Source: Camelus dromedarius (Eukaryota). From it: a stretch of 64,000 bases of DNA. The notes under the pieces were generated by a model. That model was given only the letters and a program-made list of their open reading frames with translations, had not been told where the DNA came from and did not search any database. Below, piece after piece: positions 37,338 to 50,160 of the stretch; positions within the stretch are counted from its first letter, which is position 1, and each line of letters begins with the position of its first letter. The DNA is taken from positions 119,972,001 through 120,036,000 of the forward strand of contig NC_087436.1 of NCBI RefSeq assembly GCF_036321535.1, given 5' to 3'. A program made the position numbers and the translations under genes.

Positions 37338-40300
37338 GGAGGAAGTGACATCAGGGAAGATGGTGGCCTGGGGCGCACCGGGGGTCCATCTTCTCCCTTG
37401 AACAGCAGTTGCACTGGCAGACGCTACCTGGTGTAACTGTTTTGGAACACGGGAGTCTATCCAAAGGCTTGAGCCAGGGGAACGCCTGTGCAGTAAATCA
37501 AAGTTAATTTCCCCAGCGTTAGCTCTCCCCATGGTAGCAGCTACGCCACTGCCTCCCCAGGCCCATGGCAGGGAGCCGGGCATGGGCCCTTGGAGCAGCT
37601 TGCAGGAGCCAAGGTGGGCATCAGGGCCTTGCCCTGACATTCTGGACCATGTCCCCCAGTACTGGGAGTCTGTGCTGACTGTTGATTGTTGCTTCCGATC
37701 ATGGGTGCAGACACCCAGGCAAGCCGCTGTCAGTGCCGCCGCCACCAGCTGAAGCAGCTTCCAAGGGATTTAAAGGGCCGGAGCCTGTTTCCAACCCCAC
37801 TGCACCTTTATTTTCCGTTTTTCCCCTTTGGGAGCCAACATTTAAGGACTAGGACGTTCAAAGCAACCACATAGATGGGGGGATTTAGAAAGCTACCATG
37901 CATGCCCAGGGGAAGACTCAGGCTCAGGAAAGAGCTGAGAACTTCAGCTTACACCTCAGGCTGATCCCTGGTACAGAGGCAGCCGGCAGTAACCAAAATC
38001 AAAATCAAAACCAAAAATCCCCAGCAAACCCCAGGCAAGGGAGACAACCTGATTTCCAGAGTCACCATATTATTAGATTCCAACGCCCAGTTTTCAACAA
38101 CAAAATACCACAAGGCATATAAAGAAAATATGAGCCCTTCAAAGGAAAAAAATACCAAACAGAAAGGCCAGATGGCAGACCTACTAGACAAAGACTTTAG
38201 TACGGCTGTCTTCAAGATGCTCAAAGAACTAAAGGAAGCGTGGAGAAAGCCAGGAAAACAGTGTATGAAGGAAATAGAACCGGCACACCTTCTCTTACTG
38301 TGCTTTGCTTTATTGCGCTTTCCAGATAGCGCATTTTTTACAAGTTATAAGTTTGTGGCGACCTGGCTTGGAGCAAGTCTATTGGCGCCATTTTTCCAAC
38401 AGCGCTTTGCTCACTTTGTGTCTCTGTGCCACATGTTGGTAGATCTCACAGTAGCTGAAACTTTTCCATTATCACCATATTTGATATGGTCGTCTGTGAT
38501 CAGTGCTCTCTGATGTTACTGGCGTAATTGTTTGGGGGCAAACTTAGTTGATCAATGTTGTGTGCATTCTGACTGGTCCACCAACCAGCCATCCCCCCGT
38601 CTTTCTTCTTCTCCTCAGCCTCCCTGTTCCCTGAGACACAACAGTATTGAAATTAGGCCAGTTAACACCCCTACAATGACCTCTGTTTCAGTGAGTGGAA
38701 AAGTCACATGTCTCTCGCCTTAAATCAAAACCTAGGAATGATCACACTTAGCGAGGCAGGCGTGTCAGAAGCCAAACAGGACAAAAGTGAGGCCTCATGC
38801 ACCGAACAGCCAGGTTGTGGCCGCAAAGGAGAAGTTCTGGGAGGAAATTAGAAGTGCTTCCCCGATGAACGCATGAATGATAAGAAAGTGAAACAGCCTC
38901 ATTGCTGGTGCTGAGAAATCTGGAGTGGTCTGGACAGAAGATCAAACCAGCCACAGCATTCCCTTCACCCAAGGCCTCGTCCTGAGCCAGGCGCTGACTC
39001 TCTTCAGTCCTGTGAAGGCTGAGAGAGGTGGGGAAGCTGCAGAAGGAAAGCGCGAAGATCGCAGAGGTTGGTCCATGCGATTTAAGGAAAGAAGCCGCGT
39101 CCGCAACACGGAAGTGCGGAGTGCAGCAGTGAGTGCTGCCGGAGCCGCCGCAGCAAGTTCCCCCAACCTAGCTTAGATTGCGAGTGAGGGAGGCCGCGCT
39201 GCGCAGCGGACCTTCAGTGCAGACAAAAAGCCTTCCATCGGAAGGAGATGGCATCTAGAACTTCCATAATTAGAGAGGAGAAGTCAGTGCCTGGCTTCAA
39301 AAGACGGGCTGACTCTCTTATTAGGGGCTAACGCAGCTGGTGGCTTTAAGTTGAAGTCGATACTCATTTACCGTCTGAAAATCTTAGGCCCCTTAAAAAT
39401 TATGCTCAATCTCCTCTGCCTGTGCTGTTGGTAAATGGAACAAAACCTGAGTGACAGCACATCTGTTTACAACATGGCTTACTGAATATTTGAGGTCCAC
39501 TGTTGAGATGCACTGCTCAGGAAGAAAAGATTCCTTTCAAAACATGACTGCTCATTTACCAATGCACCTAATCGCCCATGAGCTTGAGGGAGGTGGACAG
39601 TGAGGTGCAAACTGTTTTCATGCCTGCTAATACAACACCCCTTCTGCAATCCATGCATCAGGGAGTAATTTCAAACTTCAAGTCTTCTTATTTAAGAAAT
39701 ACATTTCATAAGGCTGTAGCTGCCACAGACAGTGATACCTCTGATGGATCTGAGCAAAGTCGATTGAAAACCTTCTGGAAAGGACCCACCATTCTAAATG
39801 TCATGAAGAACATTCATGGTCATGGGACAAGGTCAGAACATCGACACTCACAGGAACTTGGAAGAAGTTAACTCCAGCCCTCATAGATGACTGAGAAATT
39901 CAAGACTTCAATAGAGGAAGTAACTGCAGATGTGTTGGAAACAGCACGAGAACCAGAATTAGAAGTGGAGCCTGAAGATGGGACTCAATTACTGCAACTT
40001 CATGCTAAAACTTTGATAGATGAGGAGTTGCTTTTTATGGACGAGCCAAGAAAGAGATGGAATCTACTCCTGGTGAAGACAGGGTGAAGACTGTTGAAAT
40101 AACAACAGAAGGCTTCGCATATTAGGTAAACTTAGTTGATAGAGCAGTGGCAGTTTGAGATGACTGACTCTAATTTTGAAAGGAGTTTTGCTGTGGATAA
40201 AATGCTATCAAACAGCATTGCATTCTACAGAGAAAATATTCATAAAAGAAAGAGCCAGTCAATGCAGTGAACATCATGTCTTATTTTAGGAAAAAGCCAC

Positions 40301-41205
40301 GGCCACCCCAGCCTTCAGCAACCACCACCCCGATCAGTCTGTGGCCATCAACATTGAGGCGAGACCCCACCGCCCCACCCCAACTCGAGCAAGCAAAAAG
40401 ATTACGACTCACTGAAGTCTCAGATGATGGTTAACATTTTTTAGCAATGAAGTACTTTTTAACTAACGTATGTGCATTTTGTAAGACACACTGCTATTGC
40501 ACTCTTAATAGACTATGGTATAGTGTAAACGTAACTTTTATATACACTGAAAAACCATCAAATTTGTGTGACTAGCTTAACTGTGATATTTGCTTTATTG
40601 TGGTGGCCTGGAACTGAACCCACAATATCTCTGAGGTCTGCCTGTACCAAAAAATTGAATAAATGGAACCAAAAAGAAATTCTGGAGCTAAAGGGATCAG
40701 TAATTGAAATGGAAAATCCTCTAGAGAGATTCAAAAACAGATTTGAGCAGACAGAAGAAAGAATCAGAGAACTTGAAGATAGGACAATTGAAATGATAAA
40801 ATCTGAGGAGTAGAAAGAAAAAAGATTAAAGAAAAGTGAACACCATCTGAGACCTATGGGACACTATCAAGTGAACCAACAGATGCATTATGCAAGTCCC
40901 AGAAGGAGAAGAGAGTGAGAAAGGGGCAGAGAAATTATTTGGAGAAATAGTGGCCAAGAACGTCCTTAAAATTGATGAAAGACATGACTATACACACTTA
41001 AAAAGCTTGATGGGCTCCGAACGCTGAGAGTTCCACACCAAGACACATTACAGTCAAACTTCTGAAAGACAAAGGATCTTGAAGGCAGCAAGAGAGAAGC
41101 AACTTGTCACAAACAAGTGATCGTCAATAAGATTGTAAGCAGATTTCTCATCAGAAACCTGGGAAATCAGAAGGCAGTGAGTTGCCATAATCAAAGCGCT
41201 GGAAG
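37338..41205 (+). mobile_element. L1 5' portion (5' UTR plus decayed ORF1), interrupted by Tigger1
   Basis: L1-like start ggaagtgacatcagggaagatggtggc. ORF1 peptides lie either side of the Tigger: DLLDKDFSTAVFKMLKELKE (~38178-38240) and NQKEILELKGSVIEMENPLERFKNRFEQTEERIRELEDRTIEMIKSEE (~40670-40810). Further ORF1-like DNA continues to ~41200. Confidence 0.85.
38280..40644 (+). mobile_element. Near full-length Tigger1 (TcMar-Tigger) DNA transposon with decayed transposase
   Basis: Termini ccggcacacctt... and ...gaggtctgcctg followed by TA (recalled TIR CAGGCATACCTC); about 2.37 kb; DDE-domain remnant MPANTTPLLQSMHQGVISNFKSSYLRNTF in ORF 39578..39871; many stops and frameshifts. Confidence 0.93.
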
Positions 41206-41439
41206 AACTTGATGAAGGTGTTGGTTCATTACATTGTTCCTTGAATTTTATGTGAAAATCTATGGGGAAATTTCCCCCGTTGTGTTTATTTAAAATGTTC
41301 TTAAATTTTCCAAAATTACTTCTTCAAGATGTTTTCACTAGAACTAATGGAATAACACAAATATATATTCCCATTTCTACCTGCTCCCCTCTCCATTCCT
41401 CCTCCTCATGACGATCTCACATCCTCGTTCTCAAGGTAG

Positions 41440-41952
41440 CTGTTGTAGGAACTCAGAGACTTTTCAATATTCATTCTTCCCCTTCATTTTAGTTTAACAA
41501 GCCCCCAATTTTAGCTAGTACATTGCTTCCTGGCTAGGACTATATTTCCCAGCTTCCCTTGTGGCTACATGTGGTCATGTTTCCAACATCTGGTCAATGA
41601 GGTGTAAGTGGAATTGTCATATCTATGAGACTTCTCAGAGCCCTCTTTTAAAGGCAAGCCTTTCTCTCACTCTGTCCTCTCTCCCTCCTGTTGCCTTGCA
41701 TGTTGACGTGATGGCTGAAGCCCTAGCAACCATCCTGAGCCATGAGGATAAGGGCCAGCTCATGGGACAGTAGAATGGTGACCCAGAAAGAACCTCTGTC
41801 CCTGGTAATCTTGTAGAACTTCCATACTGGAACGTTACCTCTGGACTTCTTTTACATACATGAGAAATGAGTTTCTATCTCGTTTGAGTCACTCCCCCAC
41901 CACCGCCCCAGTTTCTATTACTTACAATCAAACCTAATTCTACCTGATAACA
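41440..41952 (+). mobile_element. Old MLT1 (H/I/J-type) LTR
   Basis: actatatttcccagcttcccttgtggctacatgtggtcatgt...gcaaccatcctgagccatgagg...aaacctaattctacctgata. Confidence 0.75.
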
Positions 41953-42169
41953 AATATTGACATTTGGTATTTCCTTCCACATATTTCTCCAGGCCATATA
42001 AATATATATACATACAAACACATATACATGTGTGTAATATTTTTCATCTTTTGTTTAAAAATGGAGTTAACTAAATGTCTCTGCTTCTAACCTTAAAAAA
42101 AAAGAATAGCGTAATGCAAATTTAAGAAAAAGTTGCAAATTACTTATCATCCTCTAATCAGCAAGGATT

Positions 42170-42620
42170 TTTAAAAGATGTTTCTCAATGCAAGAAGTGA
42201 AAAGAATGCCCTCCGGCCCTGCTGGTAGGGAAGGAATTAATATAAACTCTCAGGACAATCACTGAGTAACATGCACAAGAGCTTTAAAAATGTTCCTGCT
42301 CCCCCTTGCAGCAATTTCCCTCCTTAGACTTATGCTGAGGATATAACCAGAGCTGCAGAGATCTGTGTCTGGGAATGTTCATGACTGCCTTGCACGTAAC
42401 GATTAGAGGCTCACCAGTGAGGACGTGTTCACTGAAATACGGAACATCCACAAAAGGGAGCATCGCGCAGTCACTGACAGTGGTGTTCATCAATAACCTT
42501 AATGCCAGAGGAAAGCGTTCCCCGTGTAACGTGGAAGAGCAGCCACGCGCCGTACGTGGAGAGGCGTACGAGCCACTCCTGGGAGAGCGCCCAGGAGGAG
42601 ACATCTTCAACTGCTAACGG
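42170..42620 (+). mobile_element. Ancient L1 (L1ME-like) 3' fragment, GC-shifted
   Basis: ctgctggtaggga...cagcaatttccctccttagacttatgctgagga...gaatgttcatgactgccttg resembles the L1M ORF2 C-terminus and 3' UTR. Confidence 0.55.
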
Positions 42621-44682
42621 CAGGTCTCTGTGGGGTGGCGCTGCCGGCAGCTCTTCCTCCCTTCATGTGTTTCCTCTGTCTCCCAGATGACAGTGAACAT
42701 TTACCCAGGGGCGGAGGAGACCAAGTCGGACTTGATGCGATGACGGTAGATACTGATTGCTCCCTCTGTAACTGACGCCGGTACCGCCTCAGCTCGGAGC
42801 CACGGGCCCAGGAAGGCCTCCTCCTGCTGAGGCCGCAGAGCGACCAGCACGCCAGCGGACGCTGCAGCCTGGCCTGTGGCCGAGCGAGGAGAAATGAGGG
42901 GCGGGGGAGGAGCAGCGACGACCTTGCTCCCCGTGCCAGATTTCACACGCATCCCTCGACCCCCACCAGCCTGCTGTCCCATGTCACAGATGGGAACCAC
43001 CAGGCCTGGGACCCCTGGCCTCTGTCATCCTTCCCTGGCCGTGAGCTGCTTGGGTCCCGTCCAGTCTGTGGGTGAGATTCACATCCACAGACCAAGGGCC
43101 CTGCTCGTGCTGCCAGGGCTCCGCCTGGTTGGAGGTGCATCGTAGGTACTTCACAGCACTGCGTCCCTTTTCTTCAAAGCCACATCTGTTGGCTGCTCAG
43201 TGTCGGGGGGCAGTGCAGACCGTAGGAGAAGGGGTCGTCACCAGCCTGTGCCCTGCCCAGGAGGCCTCTTCTGTCAACTGAAGTTCTCTCCCAACAGGAC
43301 AGAATAGGGACCCTAATAGGGATCAGTTATTAGAGAGAGAGAAGTGTCCCGTCTCTGGGCCCTAGGATCAGATGAGAAGATGGGATGCAGAGGGTCTCCC
43401 AAAACTGTGCCACCCACAGCGGGCGGGCTGGAGAGGGACAGCCTCTGCCGCTGTGGCCGGCAGTGCCCTCGCCTCCGCCAGCCGTCTGCAGCTCCCGGGT
43501 CGCGGCAGCTCTACTGCCAGAGGGGCAATCACAGCCCCCGCGTGATGGAGGCAGGGCAGTAGAGGCTGAAGAAGAAAAGCTCGTCACGGCTCTAAAACAG
43601 GCTGGCTTGCTCCGACGCCTGTTCAGGTGGCTCCCACACCGCAGCTGGCGCTGGCTGGGAGCAAAAAGCAAAACAAGAAACCGAGGTTAGCCCTGGGTTT
43701 CTTCTTCTTCCTTTGTATTTGATTGGGGTTTTTCAATTCTGAACTGTAAAATCTGGAACTGAAGCCCAAGACGGCTGCCGGGCCCTCATGAGCGGCCTGG
43801 CCTCCTGCTCCAGGTGACAATGACGCGGGGCCTGGGCTGCACACCTCCTCAGGACAGCCCTCCCGCCCGCCTGCTGGCGTGGTGCCTGCCCTCGGCTCCC
43901 ACAGGGCCCTGGGCACCTGAGGAGACCTGGCCCAGAGGAGCTGTGGGTAAAGGGCACCGAGCAGCCGGTAATGATGTCCTGGACGTGAGGCTGGAGCGAA
44001 TTAACCTGTTCCTCCCGCCCAGTGCACATTCCCTGAGAACAGAGACCAGGGTGGGTCCCCAGTGAAGCCCAGAGCCTAGAAGAGGGCCTGGCACACAGTA
44101 GGTGCTTAATGAATCTGTGCAGAATAAATGAACCAACAGATGACTTGTCTGACCCTCGGGATGGGATGGGGGAGGGGGTCCGGGAAGGAGACCCATCCCA
44201 CCTCCCAGAGGTGATGGTCTGGGGTGATTCTGACAGTCTGGGGGTGCATGGAGGAAGAACTCCCCTTCACTGCAGGGACAGATGGGCAGACAGCCTGATG
44301 GGACGCCGTGGGGGACGGAGGTGTTTCTGCGCCCCACCAAGTGCCTGGGCGTCCCTCCCACCACCCAGTATGGAGGGTCTGAACACTCCCACTTTGGAGG
44401 CAGGAAAACGGAGGCCCAGGGAAGTAAAGGGACTTCTCTAAGGTCACAGAGCTGACAGCAGAGCCAGAATGGAAATCTAGGTCAGCCCAATTCCAAGAGG
44501 CCATGGCCAAGTCCCCACTCCTGCCAGGCCTGAGGCCAGCGTGCGCTGCCACCCCACCAGGCCTGCTCACCCCTTCCCCCAGGCCTGCCCCATCTCTCCC
44601 CACTCCCACCAGGCCAGCTTTACTCTCCCGCGCCAGCCCTCCACCCACGCCTGACCCTGGCCCCGCCGCCGTCTGTCCCCAG

Positions 44683-44862
44683 GATCTGCAGGTCATCAGC
44701 ACGGACGAGAGCCAGGTGTTCGTGGCGGTGCAGGAGTGGTACCAGACCGACACCTACAACCTGTACCAGTCGGACCCGAGCGGCGTGCGCTACTCGCTGG
44801 TGCTGGAGGACGTGCGCAGCTCGCGGCAGGCGGAGGAGAACGTGATCATCGACATCCTCCAG
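44683..44862 (+). CDS. SORCS2: SORCS2 coding exon (~exon 9), 180 nt: DLQVISTDESQVFVAVQEWYQTDTYNLYQSDPSGVRYSLVLEDVRSSRQAEENVIIDILQ
   Basis: Acceptor tctgtccccag|GAT, donor CAG|gtggga, phase 0/0; VPS10 motif YNLYQSDxxGVRYS. Confidence 0.96.
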
Positions 44863-46911
44863 GTGGGATGCGGGGGCCTGGGGCGTGTGGGGCCTGGTCT
44901 CACCCCTCCCCTGCTCCCCTCTCCTGCTCCCCCCACCCCCACCCACAATGCTCTGACTCGGGGCCCTGCAAAGGGCCAGATATTTTTGGCTTTGCAGGTC
45001 AAGAGGATACTTTTAGAGCAGGAGAAAAAACTTGCTCTTTTTAATGAAATTCAGAACAGAGGAATGGAGAACTTTGTAATAGGTCTACTAATGAGACAAA
45101 TGAGATTCTTTTACGGGAGAGATAACAGTTCGCTGAGTTGGGGTTCAGGTTAGTAGTCCCCACCATGGACTTGATCGCCAGCCATCAACTGTAAAGTTGT
45201 TCCACTCTAAAGCCACTGCATGAAAACAGATGGAGGCCAGGTGGCCCTGAGGGACAGAGATTGGGGCCCCTTCCCTCTCAGGCCCCCTGCCTCTCTGCCT
45301 CTCCCCGACCCCAGCCCTGGGCTTCTCATCCCTCTGCCCTCTGTCCGTGCATCTACCATTTGTCTGTCTCTCTCCCGCTCTGTCTTCCTCTTGACCCTGC
45401 ACTCCTCTCTCCGAATGTGGGGCATGGAGCCTCCCCACCTGCGGTTCAGATGTGTAAGGACCCTCTCCTCCCTGAGCCCTCCCTGGGGTCCCGCCCCACC
45501 TGTGCCCCATTTAAGCCTCCACTTGCTTTCATCATGTGTCACCGAGGGGCTGATGGGAGGCTCTGGGCAGGACTCCTGGCTCGCATGCCGTGCTCCCTCC
45601 CCCGGGAAAACACCTGTGCTCTGTGTCATCCTGTACTTGGATCCCACAAATGTCCACCGCACACCTACAGCAGGCCCAGCCTGGACCCCACCTTCCATGG
45701 TCTCCCGCTCTTTTCTTGTCCACATTGGAGGTGGGTACAGGGTGGTCCCTCAGCCAGGGTCCAGGTGAGGAGCTGAGGCTCAGGCAAGGCAGGTGGCCAG
45801 CCCTCACAGACTGGAAGTAAGCGGGAACACGAGACCTAGCCCGGTCTGTCCGCCCAAGCTCCACCCATCCTCCTGGCCAGCACTCCATCCCTCGGCCATT
45901 CACCCTTAAGCTCCTCCCTCAGGTCCTTCCCTCAGGGAACCCCCCACCAGTGGGATCACCTGCAAGAGGCCGTGCGTTCTGGTAGTAAATGCTGGGTGGT
46001 GGACCTGCCAGGCTCTGCCATCCCTGCAGAGCTGGGGAGGGCGTCCCGTCTGGGGCGAGTGGAGACTGGGGCAGACATGGGGGGTGTCAGTCGGGGTGGG
46101 AGGCGGCCTCTGGGCAGAGCCGGGGGCTGTGGTGTTCATCTTCTAGTTGTTAACAGCTGCGAGGAGTCACTCTCCCCAAGAAGGTAATGAACGTGGTCAT
46201 TTGCTTACAATGAGAACCATTTGTCAGGGTTTACCTCCCCAGCTGGACGCAGAGGAGCACAGCCCGAGGCTCCCTGCCTTTTGCTGAGAGCTATACACAG
46301 GGCACAGGGCAGGTGGCCTCATCCAGCCTGAAACAGCTCCAAGGGGGCCACCAGGCATGTCACCCCTGGCATGTCACCCCTGGCTCTGATAGGCGCTCTC
46401 ATGGCCACTGCGCGGTGCAGGTGTCTGGGAGAACGGGGCGAGGGCTGGCGGCACAAGGGCGCCGGGGACGAGGGCACTGCAGGCAGGGAACGTGCACGGC
46501 CCGTATGGCCCTTGCAGATATCCGCAGTGCCTGTACCGCGCACCTGGCTCCAGGCCCCACACTCAGGGGCGCAGGGAGGAACAGACCACCCCTCATGGAG
46601 CTCCAGACTCTACAGGAAGACCAGCTCCCAACAGTGGTTCCCACTGGGTGTGTCATGTCTAGAGGGTGCTGTGAGGGACAGCTGGCCAGCCCCAGGGGTG
46701 GGAGTCAGGGCGTGCTTCCTGGAGGAAGGGGTGCAGACTGAGTTGAGGCCGAGCAGAAGCCAGCCAGCCGAGGAACCAGCGAAAAGCAACCCGTGCCCAA
46801 AGACCACAAAGTGAGAGTCCCGGGGAGTGGAGGGAGTCCACAGTGGGCGGCCTGGAGCTGGGCGCCCTCGCAAATGACTTTGCTTCTCTGAAATGTGCCT
46901 AGCGGGGATCA

Positions 46912-47157
46912 CAGGTAGTGGTTACAAGAAAAGCTCTGGGTCCTGATTGCCTGGGTTCAAATCCCAGTTCTGGTACATATTTGCTGTGTGACCTTAGGCA
47001 GGTTACTTAACCTCTCTGTGCTTTGGTTTCCCCATTGTGAAACAAGGATGATAGTAGTACCTTCCTCAGGGGGCTGCTGTGAGAATTCGAATCACCGTTT
47101 CTGTTAAATACACAGAGCAGCACCTGGTGCTAAGTCCGTGCTCAGCAAGCTCTCAGT
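46912..47157 (+). mobile_element. MIR SINE, nearly full length
   Basis: ctgggttcaaatcccagttct...gctgtgtgaccttaggcaggttacttaacctctctgtgc...gatgatagtagtacct. Confidence 0.9.
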
Positions 47158-47408
47158 TGTTTTCCCAGCACTTGCATTTTCTGGGGATTCGAGATAATGT
47201 GTGGGAGGGACGTGGCATAGAGTGTCTAGGAAAAACGTCTCATCCCAGATGTCAGGGAGGCCCATGAACGGCCACCTCTGCAGGGTGGGCCCCGGTTCCA
47301 GGCAAAACAGCACACCTTTTCTGGGGGCATCTGGAAGAGAGCTGAGGGGGCATCCCAGCCTTGTTCCCGGACCCCCAGAAGCCCTGGCCACAGTTGGGAG
47401 ACAGCCAT

Positions 47409-47857
47409 TGTAGGGGGCTGAATGGGGACCCCGAAAGATACAGCCACATCAAATCCCTGGAAACTGTGACTGTGAGCTTGTTTGGAAGAAGGATCTCTGC
47501 GGCTGTCATTAAGTAAAAGATCTGGAGATGAGACATGCTGGATTATCTGGGGGCCCTCAATCCAGTGACCTCATAAAGATCCTCATAAAGATCAGAACAG
47601 GAGACGGACACACAGGGAAGAGGGCCATGGGAAGTCACAGCAGAGGCTGGGGAGATGTGGCCACAGTCCAGGAACACTGGGGCCACCTGGAGCTGGAGGA
47701 GATGAGGAAGGAGCCTCCCCTGGAAACTTCAGAGGGAGGGCAGCCCTGCCAACACTTTGACTTTGGACCTCTGGCTTCCAGGCTGTGAGAGGACAACTTT
47801 CTGTTGTCTTAAGCCACCAAGTTTGCAATGTTCTATCGCAGCCAGGAAAGTCACACA
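47409..47857 (+). mobile_element. MLT1C-type ERVL-MaLR solo LTR
   Basis: tgtagggggctgaatgggg...aaatccctggaaactgtga...ctttggacctctggcttccaggctgtgagag...tcttaagccaccaagtttg...cacaca. Confidence 0.85.
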
Positions 47858-48339
47858 GCCATGGGGAGGGCAGTTACGTGAAGTGAGCACATCAGTGTTG
47901 GGAGCCAGGGCGTGGCTGATAAGGCCCACCCCAGGGAAACTCAGCCCACACCTCCCCTCTCTCAGTCGGGAGGGTCCATGCTATTTACTGCTGAATGTTT
48001 TCATGGAGACCAGTTGGGGTATACAGTAGCGCTTTCCGAATAAAGCCAGCCATCACTGGGCCAGTCAGCGTCCTCTCTGCCCCTAGGGGAGGCATCTGCA
48101 CTCAGTGCTGGGCAGGCCAGGTGCCCACCCAGGTGATGCCCCAGGTGAGCCAGAGACAGAGTGGTGAGTGAGAGAAGGGGCTGTGTTTCTCCATTCCCCT
48201 GGAGCCGTCCCCCACAAGGACCATCCTGAACCATCCCCAAAGCTTTGTCCGTGGAGATGATGGCCGGACCCCCACTCCGGACCCCACCCCAGGCAGCAAC
48301 GTCCTAGCAGACGACACAGGCAATGGCGGATGGAGGCTG

Positions 48340-48732
48340 GCAATCAGCAGAGGGGAAGATTATCCTGGATGCTCCAGGGGGCACCCTGCAATTACAAGAG
48401 TCCTCAAGGTTGGAAGGAGGGTCAGAAGGAAGGTCAGAAAAATGCATGAAATCATGGAAGAGTGACCAGGGAGATGCTGTGCCACTGGCTTTGAAGATGG
48501 AGGAGGGATCGCAAACCAAGCACCTCAGGTGCCTCTAGACACTAAGAAAGGCAAGGACACAGCGTCTCCCCTGGAGCTGGCGGAGGGGATCAGCCCTGCC
48601 GACACATTGCTTTTAGCCCAGTGGGACCCATGCTGGACTTCCGACCTCCAGAGCTGTAACATAACTCATGTGTGCCGCGTTAAGCCCCTCTGCCTGGGTC
48701 ACTCTGTTGGAGCAGCACTGGAATTGCTACCC
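48340..48732 (+). mobile_element. MLT1D-type LTR fragment
   Basis: gaagattatcctggat...ctggctttgaagatggaggaggg...cagccctgccgacacatt...ggacttccgacctccagagctgtaa. Confidence 0.8.
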
Positions 48733-49127
48733 CGTTCACTGTGTGTCCGTCCCCTCGGGGTCCTCCTGGGCGTGCTCCTCGTGTGCTGGGCACTTGGCCA
48801 AACTGTGCATCAAAGATTAGGAGGGTACCAACCTCCTGGAGTCTGGGGACTTGATGAGGTGGCACTCAGTAACTCCCTTGACTACCACGTAGAAGATTCT
48901 TAATAACTGTGTGTTACCACTCAAATCCTAAGCATAACCCTTGGCCATGGAGCCTCAGGTAAAACTCATAACATCCTGAGCCTCAGTGCCACCGGCTCAC
49001 CATGAGAAATAGCGACATCCTATTGACAGAGTAGCAAAGGCTGCTTTGTGCACACGGGGGCTCTCAGGAACTCAGGCCACATCAGCGGGGCTCAGTTACT
49101 GGGTCCAAGGCCTCCCTGCCCAAGGAA

Positions 49128-50160
49128 CTTCCAATTTGGATCCCCTTTATTTCTTTTTCTTGTCTAATTGCTGTGGCTAGGGCTTCCAATACTGTGTTGA
49201 ATAGAACTGGTCAGAGTGGGCATCTTGTCTTGTTCCAGATTCTAGGGGGAAGGCTCTCAGCTTTTCACTGTCGAGTATTCTGCTGGCTGTAGGTTTGTCA
49301 TAAATAGCGTTTATTATGTTGAGATATGTTCCCTCTATACCCACTTTGGTAACAGTTTTTATCATCAGTGGGTGTTGAATTTTATCAAATGCTTTTTCTG
49401 CATCGATTCAGATGATCATGTGGTTTTTGTCCTTTCTCTTGTTGACGTGGTGTATCATATGTTGCATATGTTGAACCAGCCTTGTGTCCCTGGATGAATC
49501 CAACTTGACCATGGTGTATGATCCTTCTTGCGTGCTGTTGATTCTGTTTGCTACTATTTTGTTGAGGATTTTTGCGTCTATGCTCATCAGTGATATTGAC
49601 CTATAGCTTTCGTTTTTGGTAGTGTCTTTGCCTGGCTTTGGTATCAGGGTGATGGTGGCCTCACAGAATGAGCTTGGGAGTGTTCTCTCCTCTTCAATCT
49701 TCGGGAAGTTTGAGAAAGACCGGTGTGAGCTCTCCTCTGCCTGCCTGTCAGCACTGCCCAGTGAGGCCGTCTGGTCCGGACTTCTGTTTGCAGGGAGGGC
49801 CTGCTGTTGCTGAGTCTGTTTCACTTCTGGTGATCAGTCTGTTCAAGCGGTCAGTTTCTTCCTGATGCGGCCTTGGCGGGCCGTATGTTTCCAGGAACTT
49901 GTTCATTTCTTCTAAGTTACCCACTTCATCGCCACACAGCTGTTCCCAGTGTTCTCATGACGTTCTTGTGTTTCTCTGGTGTTGGTTGAATCTCTCCGCT
50001 TTCTTTTCTTACCTTGTTTGTTTGTGCGCTCTCTCTCATCTTCTCGGTGAGCCTGGCCATTGCTTTGTTAATTTTGTTTACTCTTTCAGAAAACCAGCTC
50101 TTGGTTTGATTGATTTTTTTTGTTTTTTTAAATCTCTGTTTTCTTTATTTCCTCCCTGAT
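49128..50160 (-). mobile_element. L1 ORF2 (reverse transcriptase region) fragment
   Basis: Minus-strand peptides [19 protein letters not shown]...ESGTRQ and LPSSFCEATITLIPKPGKDTTKNESYRSISLMSIDAKILNKIVANRI are L1 RT motifs; frameshifted. Confidence 0.95.

Noticed and set aside
38280..40644. Possible domesticated or active Tigger transposase
   Set aside because: The coding region is broken into short fragments by many stops and frameshifts.
46353..46376. Two GGCATGTC words resembling p53 half-sites
   Set aside because: Explained by a 14-bp tandem duplication; both half-sites have mismatches and a 4-bp spacer.
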